Assembly (NCBI GenBank): GCA_900550685.1 | Contig: URTS01000001.1 | Location: forward strand, 5,271-69,270 | Direction: 5' to 3' | DNA from: an uncultured Oscillibacter sp. | GTDB taxonomy: Bacteria > Bacillota > Clostridia > Oscillospirales > Oscillospiraceae | Length of the DNA: 64,000 nucleotides | Shown: positions 27,757-38,529 of the stretch, piece by piece | Layout of the letters: every line of letters starts with the position of its first letter | Position numbering within the stretch: the stretch's first letter is position 1 | The notes under the pieces: model-generated | What the model was told of the DNA's origin: nothing | Databases searched by the model: none | Seen by the model: the letters and a program-made list of their open reading frames with translations, nothing else | Translations under genes and position numbers: made by a program

Positions 27757-29130
27757 ATGAATCACGGTGAGCATAAGCGGGGCACCTTTTCCGGCAAGAT
27801 CGGTTTCGTTCTTTCCGCTGCGGGTGCGTCCGTCGGTCTGGGAAACATCTGGCGCTTCCCCTATCTGGCCGCCAAGTACGGCGGCGGCATTTTTCTGCTG
27901 ATATACATTATTCTGGCCATGACCTTTGGCTACACGATGATCGTTGCTGAAACCTCCATCGGCCGCATGACCGGAAAAAGCCCGGTGGGCGCCTACAAAT
28001 CCTTTGGGAACCAGCCCGCTCTGCGCTTCGGCGGCTGGATCAATGCCATCATCCCCATTCTGATCGTCCCCTATTACTCCGTGATCGGCGGGTGGGTCAT
28101 CAAATATCTGGCGGAATACCTGCTGGGCCAGGCCCATCTGGTGGCCGAGGACGGCTATTTTTCCGCCTTTATTTCCAACGGTCTTTCCTCGGAAGCCTGT
28201 TTTCTGGTCTTTACGGCCATGACCCTGGCCATTATCTTTGCAGGTGTCGAAAACGGCATCGAACGGGTGTCCAAGTTCATGATGCCTATTCTGGTGGTAC
28301 TGTCTCTGATCATCAGCGTTTATTCCGTGACCCGCCCCGGAGCCATAGAGGGCGTCAAATACTTTTTGATACCCAATCTCAAGAACTTTTCCTGGATGAC
28401 GGTGGTGGCCGCCATGGGTCAGATGTTCTATTCCCTGTCCATCGCCATGGGCATTCTCATCACCTTCGGCTCTTACATGAGAAAAGACGTCTCCATTGAG
28501 GAGTCCACCCGGAATGTAGAGATCTTTGACACGGCCATTGCCATTATGGCCGGTCTGATGATCATTCCCGCGGTGTTCGCCTTCTCCGGCGGCGATCCCG
28601 CTGCCCTGAAAGCCGGTCCGGCCCTGATGTTCATCACCATTCCCAAGGTTTTCGATTCCATGGGCCTGGGCACCGTCATCGGCATTGCCTTCTTCCTGCT
28701 GGTGCTGTTCGCCGCACTGACCAGCTCCATCGCCCTGACCGAAAGCGCCGTCTCCACCCTTCAGGACGAACTGGGCTGGAGCCGCCGGAAGTCCACCACC
28801 ATCATGGGCGTCTCCATGGTGGTCCTGGGCAGCCTGTCCAGCCTGGGCTACGGCCCCCTTGCAGGCATCACCATCATCGGGATGCAGTTCCTGGACTTCT
28901 TCGATTTCCTGACCAATTCCGTTATGATGCCCATTGCGGCCATCGCCAGCTGCATTCTTGTCTCCCGGGTGATCGGCGTGGACCGCATTGCCCAGGAGGT
29001 CACTCTGAACGGCAGTGTATTCCGCAGAAGAAAGGTATTCAACTCCATGATCCGCTTCCTGTGCCCCTTCTTCGCGACGATCATCCTCATCAGCTCCATC
29101 GCCAACGCCTTTGGCTGGATTTCCATGTGA
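27757..29130 (+). CDS. Sodium-dependent transporter (NSS/SNF family)
   Basis: AGASVGLGNIWRFPY; GQMFYSLS. Confidence 0.95.
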   Translation: MNHGEHKRGTFSGKIGFVLSAAGASVGLGNIWRFPYLAAKYGGGIFLLIYIILAMTFGYTMIVAETSIGRMTGKSPVGAYKSFGNQPALRFGGWINAIIPILIVPYYSVIGGWVIKYLAEYLLGQAHLVAEDGYFSAFISNGLSSEACFLVFTAMTLAIIFAGVENGIERVSKFMMPILVVLSLIISVYSVTRPGAIEGVKYFLIPNLKNFSWMTVVAAMGQMFYSLSIAMGILITFGSYMRKDVSIEESTRNVEIFDTAIAIMAGLMIIPAVFAFSGGDPAALKAGPALMFITIPKVFDSMGLGTVIGIAFFLLVLFAALTSSIALTESAVSTLQDELGWSRRKSTTIMGVSMVVLGSLSSLGYGPLAGITIIGMQFLDFFDFLTNSVMMPIAAIASCILVSRVIGVDRIAQEVTLNGSVFRRRKVFNSMIRFLCPFFATIILISSIANAFGWISM

Positions 29131-29278
29131 GGATGCCTTTTCCGGCGTATTCCGTACAAAAGTCACGGCAGCCATCCTTTAAGGGATGGCTGCCGTTTTT
29201 TGCGTAGTTTCTTCGAAAAAACTGCGGCTGGATAGTAAAGAATGTACACCCGCCGCAAAGGCCGAAACAGCGTGACCC

Positions 29279-29695
29279 TTATTTCAGCTTTCTGTAATAG
29301 GCGTAAAACATGGGCGCTGTGGTGCAGACTGCAATGGTATCCGCGATCGGTTCTGCCATATAGACGCCCGTGACTGCGTCTGGCCAAACGCGGGGCAGGA
29401 GAAAAATCAGGGGGATCAGCAGAACGATCCTCCGCCAGATGGTGAGAAAAATCGCTTTCGGCGCGCCGCCCATGCTGACCAGTGCCGCAAAGGCGGAAAT
29501 GGCCAAGATCACCGGCGCGGTCACACCAACCCCGGCCATCGCCTGCTTGCCCACCTCCGGAATGTGCCCGATGAACATTTTGTCCACCAGATTATATAGA
29601 ATATTGATAAGCTGCGCCGCCACCGCCGGGATTGCCAACTTGAAAAACGCCATCGGCACAGGCGCGGCAGCGAGCAGCTGATCGCTCTCGTTCAT
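29279..29695 (-). pseudogene. Internally deleted MATE efflux gene
   Basis: MATE N-terminus (YNLVDKMFIG) fused in frame to the C-terminus (GVYMAEPIAD); 138 aa versus ~450 expected. Confidence 0.85.
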
Positions 29696-29699
29696 AAGA

Positions 29700-30078
29700 T
29701 CATCCTCGATGGTCGCACTTCCGACACTGGATCATAGGCGTCTCCCCCGCGTCCTTGTAAAAGACACCTGTCCACTGGCAGATGCTCTGCAAAATCGGCA
29801 CCACGGACCTGCCCTTTTCCGTCAGAGAATATTCCACCCGGGGCGGGATTTCATCGTAGGATCTCCGCTCCACAATGCCGTTGGCAATGAGTCCTTTCAG
29901 TGTGGAGGCCAGCACCGCATCGGTGATGTTCCCCCATCTCCCGGCGCAGTTCGCTGTACCGCAGGGTGCCCAGCGCCGCCAGCACACAGATGATGCGGAA
30001 ATTCCACTTTCCGCCGAAGAGCTCCATGCCGTATTCCAGCGGACAGCGGATGTCTTTTTCCAGCTTTCTCTGATACAT
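29700..30078 (-). pseudogene. HxlR-family regulator with a frameshift
   Basis: CP...GGKW...LRYSEL / IPPRVEYSLT split at the G5 run 29931-29935. Confidence 0.85.
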
Positions 30079-30177
30079 GATCCCACTCCCATTTTTCCCC
30101 ATCATAGCGGGGTATCTCCTGCAAAACAAGTTACTATCAAATTTATGAGCGGGTGCATTTCTGCGTCCGCTCATCTT

Positions 30178-30573
30178 TTAGAGTTCTTTCTTGTTGTCTG
30201 CGCCGGGGGTAGTGACGATGACCTTCTCCGGGGTGATGATGAGGGCGCCCTTGGCGGTTGCCGCGCCGTTGAACATCTTTTCCACCATGGCCTTGAAGGT
30301 GCTGACCGCTTCGCCCTCGGTCACATACTGGGCCGTACCCTTCACCTGATAGCCCTCCAGATTCTGGGCATCGTAAACGGAAACGGCAATTCTGCCGTTG
30401 TTGGCAGCCAGATTTTTCAAAGTGGTATCCAGAAATACGTCCCCCACAACCAGCTTGCCATCCGCCGTCACATCCTTGAAGGCAACCGGCACCACATTGG
30501 GCTCCCCATTGGCGCAGGTAGCCAGGTCCCACATGCCGCCCTTCAGCAGCTTCACAACATTCTCATTCAACAT
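30178..30573 (-). CDS. Pyridoxamine 5'-phosphate oxidase family FMN-binding protein
   Basis: LAT...GEPNVVP; TLKNL..N; GYQVKG. Confidence 0.85.
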   Translation of the reverse strand: MLNENVVKLLKGGMWDLATCANGEPNVVPVAFKDVTADGKLVVGDVFLDTTLKNLAANNGRIAVSVYDAQNLEGYQVKGTAQYVTEGEAVSTFKAMVEKMFNGAATAKGALIITPEKVIVTTPGADNKKEL

Positions 30574-30763
30574 GATCGTATCCTCCTTGCATTTTGAGCT
30601 TCATCGCCCGTTCGCTGTGCCCATTATAGGACGGATACAAGGACAGCGGAAGATATGAGTTAGTTTATAAGTGACTATGAAATTTATGGGCGGCAGCTGT
30701 GATTTCCGCAGCCGTTCTGGCCGTCCCCAGCGTCCCGATTTCGTCCCGGTTTTTCGGATGGGC

Positions 30764-30792
30764 TTGCAATCCGCGGATCTGCGTGCTATACT
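30764..30792 (+). promoter_or_regulatory. rib operon promoter
   Basis: TTGCAA-17bp-TATACT. Confidence 0.75.
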
Positions 30793-30811
30793 TGGTCCAT
30801 AATTGAACATG

Positions 30812-30922
30812 AGATCTTCAGGGCAGGGTGCGATTCCCTACCGGTGGTACAGCCCACGAGCCGTAAGGCATGATCCGGTGAGATTCCGGAGCCGACAGTA
30901 TAGTCTGGATGGAAGAAGATGA
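30812..30922 (+). ncRNA. FMN riboswitch (RFN element)
   Basis: ATCTTCAGGGCAGGGTG..ATTCCCTACCGGTGGT...AGCCCACGA...CCGACAGTATAGTCTGGATGGAAGAAGAT; terminator 31033-31062. Confidence 0.97.
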
Positions 30923-31076
30923 ACGCGTAAAGCGGCCGTGCCGTTTTGCGTCTATGGAAGTTGCTCTGGGATGTGTATACATTCCGGAGTTTTCTTTTTC
31001 ACACAAGGTGTCTTTGTGTGCAGTTTTTCCCGCCCTGAACGTTTTGTTCAGGGCTTTTTCTTTCGGAGATGATGAT

Positions 31077-32183
31077 ATGAGTGACGAAGAATATATGCGT
31101 CTGGCCCTGCATCTGGCGGAAAAGGGCTGCGGCTGGGTGTCCCCCAACCCTATGGTAGGGGCCGTGATCGTCAAGGAGGGCCGGATCATCGGCCGGGGCT
31201 GGCACGAAAAATACGGCGGGCTCCACGCGGAGCGGAATGCCCTGGCCGCTTGCACGGAATCCCCGGCGGGCTCCACCCTGTATGTGACGCTGGAGCCCTG
31301 CTGCCATTATGGCAAACAGCCCCCCTGCGTGGACGCCATTCTGGAAGCCGGCATCCGCCGGGTAGTGGTAGGCTCCGGCGACCCTAACCCCCTGGTGGCT
31401 GGCAAGGGCATCGCCATCCTGCGGGCCCATGGCATTGAGGTGACGGAACACGTTCTGCGGGAGGACTGTGACCGGCTGAACCGGGTGTTCTTCCACTACA
31501 TCACCACCAAGCGGCCCTTTGTTTCCATGAAGTACGCCATGACGCTGGATGGAAAGATCGCGGCCTATACAGGCGCATCCCGGTGGGTCACGGGAGAAGC
31601 CGCCCGGGCCCACGTCCAGCACCAGCGGCACCGGTTCCGCGGCATTATGGTGGGAGTAGGTACGGTGCTGGCAGATGACCCCTCTTTGGAATGTCACATG
31701 GAGGGCGGCAGGAACCCTGTCCGCATCATCTGCGACACCCACCTGCGGACGCCGCCGGAAGCACAGGTGGTGACAACCGCCGGAAGCACGCCCACCATTC
31801 TGGCCACCTGCTGTACAGATGAAAAACGGTTGAATACCTACCAGAGCAAAGGCTGTCAGGTATTATGCCTTCACGCCGAAAACAACCACGTGGACCTCGT
31901 CCAGCTGATGGAACAACTGGGACAGATGCAGATCGACAGCGTCCTGCTGGAGGGCGGCGGCACGCTGAACTGGGCGGCTCTGAACGCCGGCATCGTCCAG
32001 CAGGTGCAGGCCTACATCGCCCCCAAGCTCTTTGGCGGCAAGGACGCCAAAACGCCGGTGGAAGGCCTGGGGGTCCCCTCCCCCGCCGCCGCGTTCCATC
32101 TGAAAGACAGCCGCATTTGCAGGCTGGGCGAGGATTTTCTCATAGAAAGCGAGGTGGCGTATCCGTGTTCACCGGAATCATAG
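31077..32183 (+). CDS. ribD: Riboflavin biosynthesis deaminase/reductase
   Basis: PNPMVGA, HAE, TLEPC..YGKQPPC, EGGG. Confidence 0.97.
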   Translation: MSDEEYMRLALHLAEKGCGWVSPNPMVGAVIVKEGRIIGRGWHEKYGGLHAERNALAACTESPAGSTLYVTLEPCCHYGKQPPCVDAILEAGIRRVVVGSGDPNPLVAGKGIAILRAHGIEVTEHVLREDCDRLNRVFFHYITTKRPFVSMKYAMTLDGKIAAYTGASRWVTGEAARAHVQHQRHRFRGIMVGVGTVLADDPSLECHMEGGRNPVRIICDTHLRTPPEAQVVTTAGSTPTILATCCTDEKRLNTYQSKGCQVLCLHAENNHVDLVQLMEQLGQMQIDSVLLEGGGTLNWAALNAGIVQQVQAYIAPKLFGGKDAKTPVEGLGVPSPAAAFHLKDSRICRLGEDFLIESEVAYPCSPES

Positions 32184-32806
32184 AAGAAGTCGGAACCATC
32201 AAGCAAATCGCAAGGGGACAGCATTCTGCCGTGCTGACCATCCAGGCGCAAACCGTCCTGGAGGGCACAAAGCTGGGCGACAGCATCGCTGTAAACGGTA
32301 TTTGCTTAACGGTTACAAGACTGCTGGAAGACGCATTTACCGCGGATGTCATGCATGAAACTCTGAACCGCTCCTCCCTGTCCAGGCTCACAGTGGGCGA
32401 TGCTGTCAACTTGGAACGGGCCATGGCTGCGAACGGCCGTTTCGGCGGCCACATCGTGGCGGGCCATGTGGACGGCGTGGGCACCATCTCCAATATCCGG
32501 CGGGACGATACCGCCGTGTGGTACACCGTCCAGGCTGCCCCCGCCATTCTGCGGTATGTGGTGGAGAAGGGCTCCATCACCATCGACGGCATCAGCCTTA
32601 CCGTGGCAGCGGTGGATGACACAAGCTTTTCCGTGTCCACCATCCCCCACACCGTCAGCCAGACCAACCTGCACCAGCGCCGCAGGGGCGACCTGGTGAA
32701 TCTGGAAACGGACATCATCGGCAAATATGTGGAACAGCTGCTGCGGCCGGAGGAACCGAAGCAAAACACACTGACGAAAGAAACGCTGCTGCGCTGCGGC
32801 TTTTAG
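32165..32806 (+). CDS. ribE: Riboflavin synthase alpha chain
   Basis: GTG start [28 protein letters not shown]. Confidence 0.97.
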   Translation: MFTGIIEEVGTIKQIARGQHSAVLTIQAQTVLEGTKLGDSIAVNGICLTVTRLLEDAFTADVMHETLNRSSLSRLTVGDAVNLERAMAANGRFGGHIVAGHVDGVGTISNIRRDDTAVWYTVQAAPAILRYVVEKGSITIDGISLTVAAVDDTSFSVSTIPHTVSQTNLHQRRRGDLVNLETDIIGKYVEQLLRPEEPKQNTLTKETLLRCGF

Positions 32807-32820
32807 CAAGGAGGTCTATT

Positions 32821-34017
32821 ATGAAATTCAACACCATTCCCGAAGCCCTGGAGGATCTGAAGCAGGGCAGGCTCATTCTGGTAACGGACGATCCGGACCG
32901 GGAAAACGAGGGCGACTTCATCTGCGCCGCCCAATTTGCCACCACGGAAAACATCAACTTTATGGCCACCCACGGCAAGGGCCTGATCTGCATGCCCATG
33001 TCGGAGGCCTTCGTCCGGAAGCTGCAATTTCCCCAAATGGTCCAGCACAACACCGACAACCATGAGACGGCTTTCACCGTGTCTATTGACCATATCTCCA
33101 CCTCCACCGGCATTTCCGCCGCGGAGCGCTCCATTACAGCCATGGCCTGCGTGGATGACGATGCCAAAGCTGAGGATTTCCGCCGTCCGGGACATATGTT
33201 CCCCCTGCTGGCCAAGAAAAACGGCGTGTTGGAACGGAACGGCCACACGGAGGCCACCGTGGACCTGTGCCGTCTGGCAGGGCTGAAGGAATGCGGACTC
33301 TGCTGCGAGATTATGCGGGAGGACGGCACCATGATGCGCACTGCCGAGCTCTCAGAACTGGCGGAGCGGTTCGACATCAAGTTCATCACCATCCGGGACC
33401 TGCAGGCCTACCGCAAAAGCCACGAAAAACTGGTGGACCGGGTGACGGCGGTAAATCTGCCCACCAAATACGGCGATTTCAAGGCCTACGGCTTCGTCAG
33501 CCGTCTCAACGGCGAACACCATGTGGCCCTGGTAAAGGGCAACATCGGCGACGGCCAGGACGTTCTCTGCCGGGTCCATTCCGAGTGCTTGACCGGCGAT
33601 ACCTTCGGTTCCCTGCGGTGCGACTGCGGCCAGCAACTGGCAGCGGCCATGACCCAAATCGAAAAAGAGGGCCGGGGCGTCCTCCTCTACATGCGGCAGG
33701 AGGGCCGGGGCATCGGCCTCATCAACAAGCTGAGGGCTTACGAATTGCAGGAGCAGGGCATGGATACCCTGGAGGCCAACCTGGCCCTGGGCTTCCACGG
33801 GGACGAGCGGGAGTACTTCCTGGGGGCCCAGATCCTGCGGGAGTTGGGGGTGAAGAGCCTGCGGCTGCTGACCAATAACCCGGACAAGGTCTACCAGCTC
33901 TCGGAGTTCGGCCTGGAGATCTCCCAGCGGGTGCCCATCCAGATGACCGCCACTCCCTATGACCTGTTCTACCTGCGGACCAAGCAGGACCGCATGGGAC
34001 ACATGATGAAGTACTGA
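32821..34017 (+). CDS. ribBA: DHBP synthase / GTP cyclohydrolase II
   Basis: [22 protein letters not shown]...RCDCG, QEGRGIG. Confidence 0.97.
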   Translation: MKFNTIPEALEDLKQGRLILVTDDPDRENEGDFICAAQFATTENINFMATHGKGLICMPMSEAFVRKLQFPQMVQHNTDNHETAFTVSIDHISTSTGISAAERSITAMACVDDDAKAEDFRRPGHMFPLLAKKNGVLERNGHTEATVDLCRLAGLKECGLCCEIMREDGTMMRTAELSELAERFDIKFITIRDLQAYRKSHEKLVDRVTAVNLPTKYGDFKAYGFVSRLNGEHHVALVKGNIGDGQDVLCRVHSECLTGDTFGSLRCDCGQQLAAAMTQIEKEGRGVLLYMRQEGRGIGLINKLRAYELQEQGMDTLEANLALGFHGDEREYFLGAQILRELGVKSLRLLTNNPDKVYQLSEFGLEISQRVPIQMTATPYDLFYLRTKQDRMGHMMKY

Positions 34018-34035
34018 CAGAAAGGAACAACTGAT

Positions 34036-34509
34036 ATGAAAACCTTCGAAGGAAAACTGGTCTCTCAAAACATGCGGGTGGGCATCGTCGCCGCCCGGTT
34101 CAACGAATTTATCACATCCAAGCTTCTCAGCGGCGCCATGGACGGCCTGCTCCGGCACGATGTGCAGGAGGATGCCATTCACGTTGCCTGGGTGCCTGGT
34201 GCCTTTGAAATTCCGCTGGCGGCGTCCAGAATGGCAAAGAGCGGCAAGTATGACGCCGTTATCTGCCTGGGAGCGGTGATTCGCGGCTCCACCAGCCATT
34301 ATGACTACGTCTGTAATGAGGTCTCCAAGGGCATCGCCGCCGTCTCTCTGGAAACGGGAGTACCGGTTCTCTTCGGCGTGCTGACTACCGAAAATCTTGA
34401 ACAGGCCGTTGAGCGGGCAGGCACCAAGGCCGGCAACAAGGGCTATGACTGCGCCCTCAGCGCCATTGAAATGGTCAACCTTCTGCGGGAAATGGACGCC
34501 GCAGAGTAA
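34036..34509 (+). CDS. ribH: Lumazine synthase
   Basis: [23 protein letters not shown]. Confidence 0.97.
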   Translation: MKTFEGKLVSQNMRVGIVAARFNEFITSKLLSGAMDGLLRHDVQEDAIHVAWVPGAFEIPLAASRMAKSGKYDAVICLGAVIRGSTSHYDYVCNEVSKGIAAVSLETGVPVLFGVLTTENLEQAVERAGTKAGNKGYDCALSAIEMVNLLREMDAAE

Positions 34510-34529
34510 CACAGGCACAGGAGTCAGCT

Positions 34530-34931
34530 ATGATCGTCATCAAAACCAGACAGCCGGACCCGAAGCTGGAAGAAAAGATCCTGGCCTTTCTAGAACAGGA
34601 ACATATCGACGCCGGACAAATCTCCATCAGCTCCCGGGACAGGCTGACCTTTCCCGGACTGATCATCGACGGGAAGGCCCGGGAGGTTCTGTGCGGTGGC
34701 AGAAGGCTGCCCCTGACAAGGCTGGAATTCGACCTGTTGCTGGTGCTCGCCTCCCACGAGGGCAGCGCCTGCTCCAAGTCGGAGCTGTTCTCCGCCGTTT
34801 GGGGCCAGAACAGCGAGGATACCCTAAAAGTGGTCGCCAATACGGTCTCCAACCTCCGCAGAAAAATTGGCAGCGCCGGTCAGGCCTATATCCGCACCGT
34901 GCAGGGCGGATATGCCTTTTCCGCTTCGTAG
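34530..34931 (+). CDS. OmpR/PhoB-type winged-helix protein without a receiver domain
   Basis: LTRLEFDLL, VWG, LRRKI, IRTV..GY. Confidence 0.85.
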   Translation: MIVIKTRQPDPKLEEKILAFLEQEHIDAGQISISSRDRLTFPGLIIDGKAREVLCGGRRLPLTRLEFDLLLVLASHEGSACSKSELFSAVWGQNSEDTLKVVANTVSNLRRKIGSAGQAYIRTVQGGYAFSAS

Positions 34932-34946
34932 GTCTTCTTACATGCA

Positions 34947-34987
34947 AAACCAGCGGAAACCGCCTTTCGGCGGTTTCCGCTGGTTTC
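34947..34987. terminator. Bidirectional terminator
   Basis: AAACCAGCGGAAACCGCC-tttc-GGCGGTTTCCGCTGGTTT. Confidence 0.8.
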
Positions 34988-35049
34988 GTTTCTCTTTAAG
35001 TCCGTTTCGGGTCCGGGCTATATTTTAGCCACTCCGCCGCTGTGTCTGC

Positions 35050-35598
35050 TTAATCGCTGACAAAGTCTGCCGGATTCCCGGCACGGGGATCGTTGGCCAG
35101 GGGACCAACCACAACGCTGCCGTACTCCATAATCACGCCCAGCAACTCCCGGAGATCATAGAAGGTGCAGCCTTTCCGGGTACCGTCCGCCAGAACAGGG
35201 CCCATTTCCGCGTAATTATAGCGGGGAATCCCCATTTCACGCATAGCTGCGGCCAAGGCAGGCTGATTTCCGATTTTAACGCCGATGTGGTGGATCCCGT
35301 TTCCATGCTGGATCAGGAAATCGGAATAGGGATTTCCAGGACGTTTGTCCAGCGGCTCAATGATCTCAAGGTCCAGGCCGCCCAGGTTGAAGCGGCAGAA
35401 CTTATAAAAGAATTCACAGGGCTGCTCATTGTAGTTCAGGCCGTCCCAGCCATCGTTTTCATAGGCATCTCTGGTGCACTTGCAGACGATCGTGCTCTCA
35501 TCCAGCTGAAAAATTTTCTTCCAGTTTTCCAGTGCGGCTTCCATATTGTCCACGCAGAGAGCAACCTGAAAGATCAGGTCAACACGGGGCTTGTCCAT
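35050..35598 (-). CDS. VOC/glyoxalase-family protein
   Basis: QVALCV, LEIIEP, GIHHIG. Confidence 0.8.
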   Translation of the reverse strand: MDKPRVDLIFQVALCVDNMEAALENWKKIFQLDESTIVCKCTRDAYENDGWDGLNYNEQPCEFFYKFCRFNLGGLDLEIIEPLDKRPGNPYSDFLIQHGNGIHHIGVKIGNQPALAAAMREMGIPRYNYAEMGPVLADGTRKGCTFYDLRELLGVIMEYGSVVVGPLANDPRAGNPADFVSD

Positions 35599-35626
35599 AA
35601 AAACTCCTTTCAGCGTTCCGGTTTTG

Positions 35627-37031
35627 TCAGTTCATAAAGTGAATGGCCCGCTTTTCTGTGTTCAGGGCCGCCTCCCACACAGCCTCGGTGACAGTGGGGT
35701 GAGAATGGATGGTGGCAATGAGGTCATCCACAGAAGCGCCCATCCGGATGGCCAAAACGCCCTCCGCTATGAGATCGGTCGCCCGGGGGCCGATGATGTG
35801 CATACCCAGCACCTTGTGGCTTTCCTGATCCGCCAGGATCTTCACAAGGCCCTCGCCGCCGTTAAGGATCAGTGCCTTGCCGTTTCCGGCCATTGGGAAT
35901 TTGCCGCACAGGTAGTTGAGGCCCTGGGCTTTGCAGTCGGCCTCGGTAAGGCCCACGGAAGCAGCCTCCGGCAGGATATAGACGCAGGTAGGACAGGTGC
36001 TCTGGTCGTAATGCGCGTCCATGCCCATGGCATTTTCCGCCGCAGTCTCACCCATGGCGGAGGCGGTATGGGCCAGCTGGGCATAGCCCATGACGCAGTC
36101 ACCAATGGCATATACGCCGGGGACGGAGGTTTCCATTTTGTCGTTGACAAGGATCCGGCCGCGGTCATTGGCGATGCCGCCGGCCTCCAGCTGCAGACTG
36201 GCGGTGTTGGCCCGGCGGCCCACGGCCACCAGGACCTTCTCGGCTTCAAAGCTGACCGTTTCGCCGTTTTTGTCCTTGCAGACCACCTTGGCACCTGCGT
36301 CACAGGCTCCCACAGACTGAACGGGACATTCCGTGTGGAGCTTGATGCCCAGCTTCCGCATGCGCTTCATGCCGGCGGCGGTCAGATCGCTGTCCAGCAT
36401 GGGGAGAATGTGATCCAGCGCCTCCACCACCGTGACGGCGGTGCCGAAGGCGGCATAAGCACAGGCCAGTTCCAGGCCGATCACACCGCCGCCGATGACC
36501 ACCATGCTCTCCGGCAGCTTTTCCAGAGAAAGCGCGCCGGTGGAATCGATGCAGTTGGGGTTTCCTTCAGGCCGGGGATCGGAGGAACCGCATTGACGGA
36601 GCCGGTGGCAAGAATGATCTTATCGGCGGAGACGGCTTCCTGGGTGCCGTCGGCATGGGTGATCGTCATGGTCCCGGGAGCCGTGAAGGATGCCTCGCCC
36701 TCAAGGCGGCGGATCCCATTGCCCTTCAGCAGGCCTGCGATGCCGTTGGTCAGCTTTTCGGAAACTGCAAAGCGGTTAGCCATAACCTGCGGGAAATCCA
36801 CATGAATATTCTCGGCTGCGATGCCCAGAGAGGAGCCCCTCCCCTTCAGTTCTGCCAGCAATTCAGCACTGTGCAGCAGACATTTGGTGGGAATGCAGCC
36901 TACATTCAGGCAAGTGCCGCCCAGATACTGCTTTTCCACAAGGGTCACTTCCGCACCCAGCTGCGCTGCGCGGATCGCGGCACATACCCGCCGGGGCCGC
37001 CGCCCACCACCAGAATTTTTTCGCTCATCAT
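35627..37031 (-). pseudogene. lpdA: Second dihydrolipoyl dehydrogenase with two frameshifts
   Basis: GGGPGGY / [11 protein letters not shown] / HPTVTE pieces in different frames; shifts near 36980 and 36560. Confidence 0.85.
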
Positions 37032-37054
37032 TTATATATCCTTTCTTGGAAGAA

Positions 37055-37300
37055 TTATTGGTAAAAGCCCTCGGTGGACTTTTTCAGGGACTGGAACTGC
37101 TTCATATCGTGTCCGAAGAGGATCTGGGCATGATGCTCTTCGGCATATTGCCGCAAGAATTCCATAGCGGCAAAATAGCACTTCTCATCATAGACCACGC
37201 CGGAAAGCTGCGGCACCGGTTCATAGTGGGCACGGGAATAGATAGCGTCGGCCGCCAGCAGATAATTACCGGATTCCAGTTTCACCAGCAGTCCCAGCAT
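37055..37300 (-). pseudogene. C-terminal fragment of an AHL-lactonase-like metallo-beta-lactamase
   Basis: LLAADAIY and ILFGHD motifs; HxHxDH N-terminal half absent. Confidence 0.7.
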
Positions 37301-37694
37301 ATCTACGCATTTTCTGCGCTTTGTGCAGAGCAGTGCGTGCGATTGGATCGCGGTTTTAAGGGTTACGAGAGGAATGCATCAGTTTTCATCGGATCTCCCC
37401 TCCAAATGGCTCGAAATAGTATCGTTCCGCTTCGAAGCTTTCGCATAATTGGAATGCGGAAACCTGCCTCAGCCTGTCGGAAGGACGTTTCCGGCAAGCT
37501 GAGGCAAGGCGCGCCACGGGAAGAAATTCAGAAATTTTACACAAAAAATGGGAGAAATTCTTGGCGACTCAAAAATTTAACACGTGTTGCAACTGTGTGT
37601 TCGATATGCTATGATACATTTGTATTGAGCATTGTTAAACATTTATGCATGGTTGAAACACGTGTTAACTCCAAAACAGAAAGGAACATTTCTC

Positions 37695-38483
37695 ATGGGT
37701 GTTGAAATTTCTCTGACAGGCAAGAATGCAATTGTAACCGGAGGCGGAGGCGGTATGGGCCGCTGCACAGCACGGATGCTGGCACGGGCCGGAGCGAACG
37801 TGCTGGTGTCCGACATGGACGGTTCGGAAGCCGAGGAGACCGTGGCACAGATCAAGGCGGAAAGCGATGTGAAGGCACTGTCTATGGTCTGCAATGTGAC
37901 CAGCAAGGCGGACATTGACCGCATGGTCGCCGCCGCACTGGACGCTTTCGGTCGGATCGACATTCTCAACCATATTGCCGGTGTATTCGGCGCAGTGGAC
38001 TTCCTGGAGGCAACGGAAGCGGACTACGATAAGCAGCTGGATATCAATACCAAGGGCACTTTCTTCGTCGATCAGGCGGTACTGAAGGCCATGATCCCCA
38101 ATCGTGCAGGCAAGATCGTGAATATGTGCTCACAAGCGGGAAAGTACGGCTTCCCCACCAATGTGGCGTATACTACCTCCAAGTTCGGCGTTACCGGCAT
38201 GACCCAGTCTATTGCCATGTATGCCGCGCCCTATAACATCAATGTCAACTGCGTCTGCCCGGGCATCGTCCGCACCAACATCTGGGAGAAGGCACTGGAC
38301 GACATCCGCCGTCAGGGCGGAGACGCCGAGGCGTATTTCCAGTCCCGACTGGAAAACATCCCCCTCAAGCGCGCACAGACGATGGAGGACATCGCCCACA
38401 TGTTCCTGTACCTGTCCTCGGACTATGCCGACAACATGACCGGACAGGCGATCAATATCACCGGTGGCCGCGTTATGCACTGA
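37695..38483 (+). CDS. SDR-family oxidoreductase
   Basis: TGGGGGMG, YTTSK, NCVCPG. Confidence 0.92.
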   Translation: MGVEISLTGKNAIVTGGGGGMGRCTARMLARAGANVLVSDMDGSEAEETVAQIKAESDVKALSMVCNVTSKADIDRMVAAALDAFGRIDILNHIAGVFGAVDFLEATEADYDKQLDINTKGTFFVDQAVLKAMIPNRAGKIVNMCSQAGKYGFPTNVAYTTSKFGVTGMTQSIAMYAAPYNINVNCVCPGIVRTNIWEKALDDIRRQGGDAEAYFQSRLENIPLKRAQTMEDIAHMFLYLSSDYADNMTGQAINITGGRVMH

Positions 38484-38529
38484 GCCGCGCATCCATCGAA
38501 TATTTCAACCTTTATAAGGAGGAATTATT

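Noticed and set aside
30909..31076. N-terminal extension of RibD in the ORF track
   Set aside because: Overlaps the riboswitch and terminator; the real start is ATG 31077 after GGAG
36821..37705. 294-aa plus-strand ORF
   Set aside because: Spans pseudogene antisense and a promoter/operator region; no protein-like motifs
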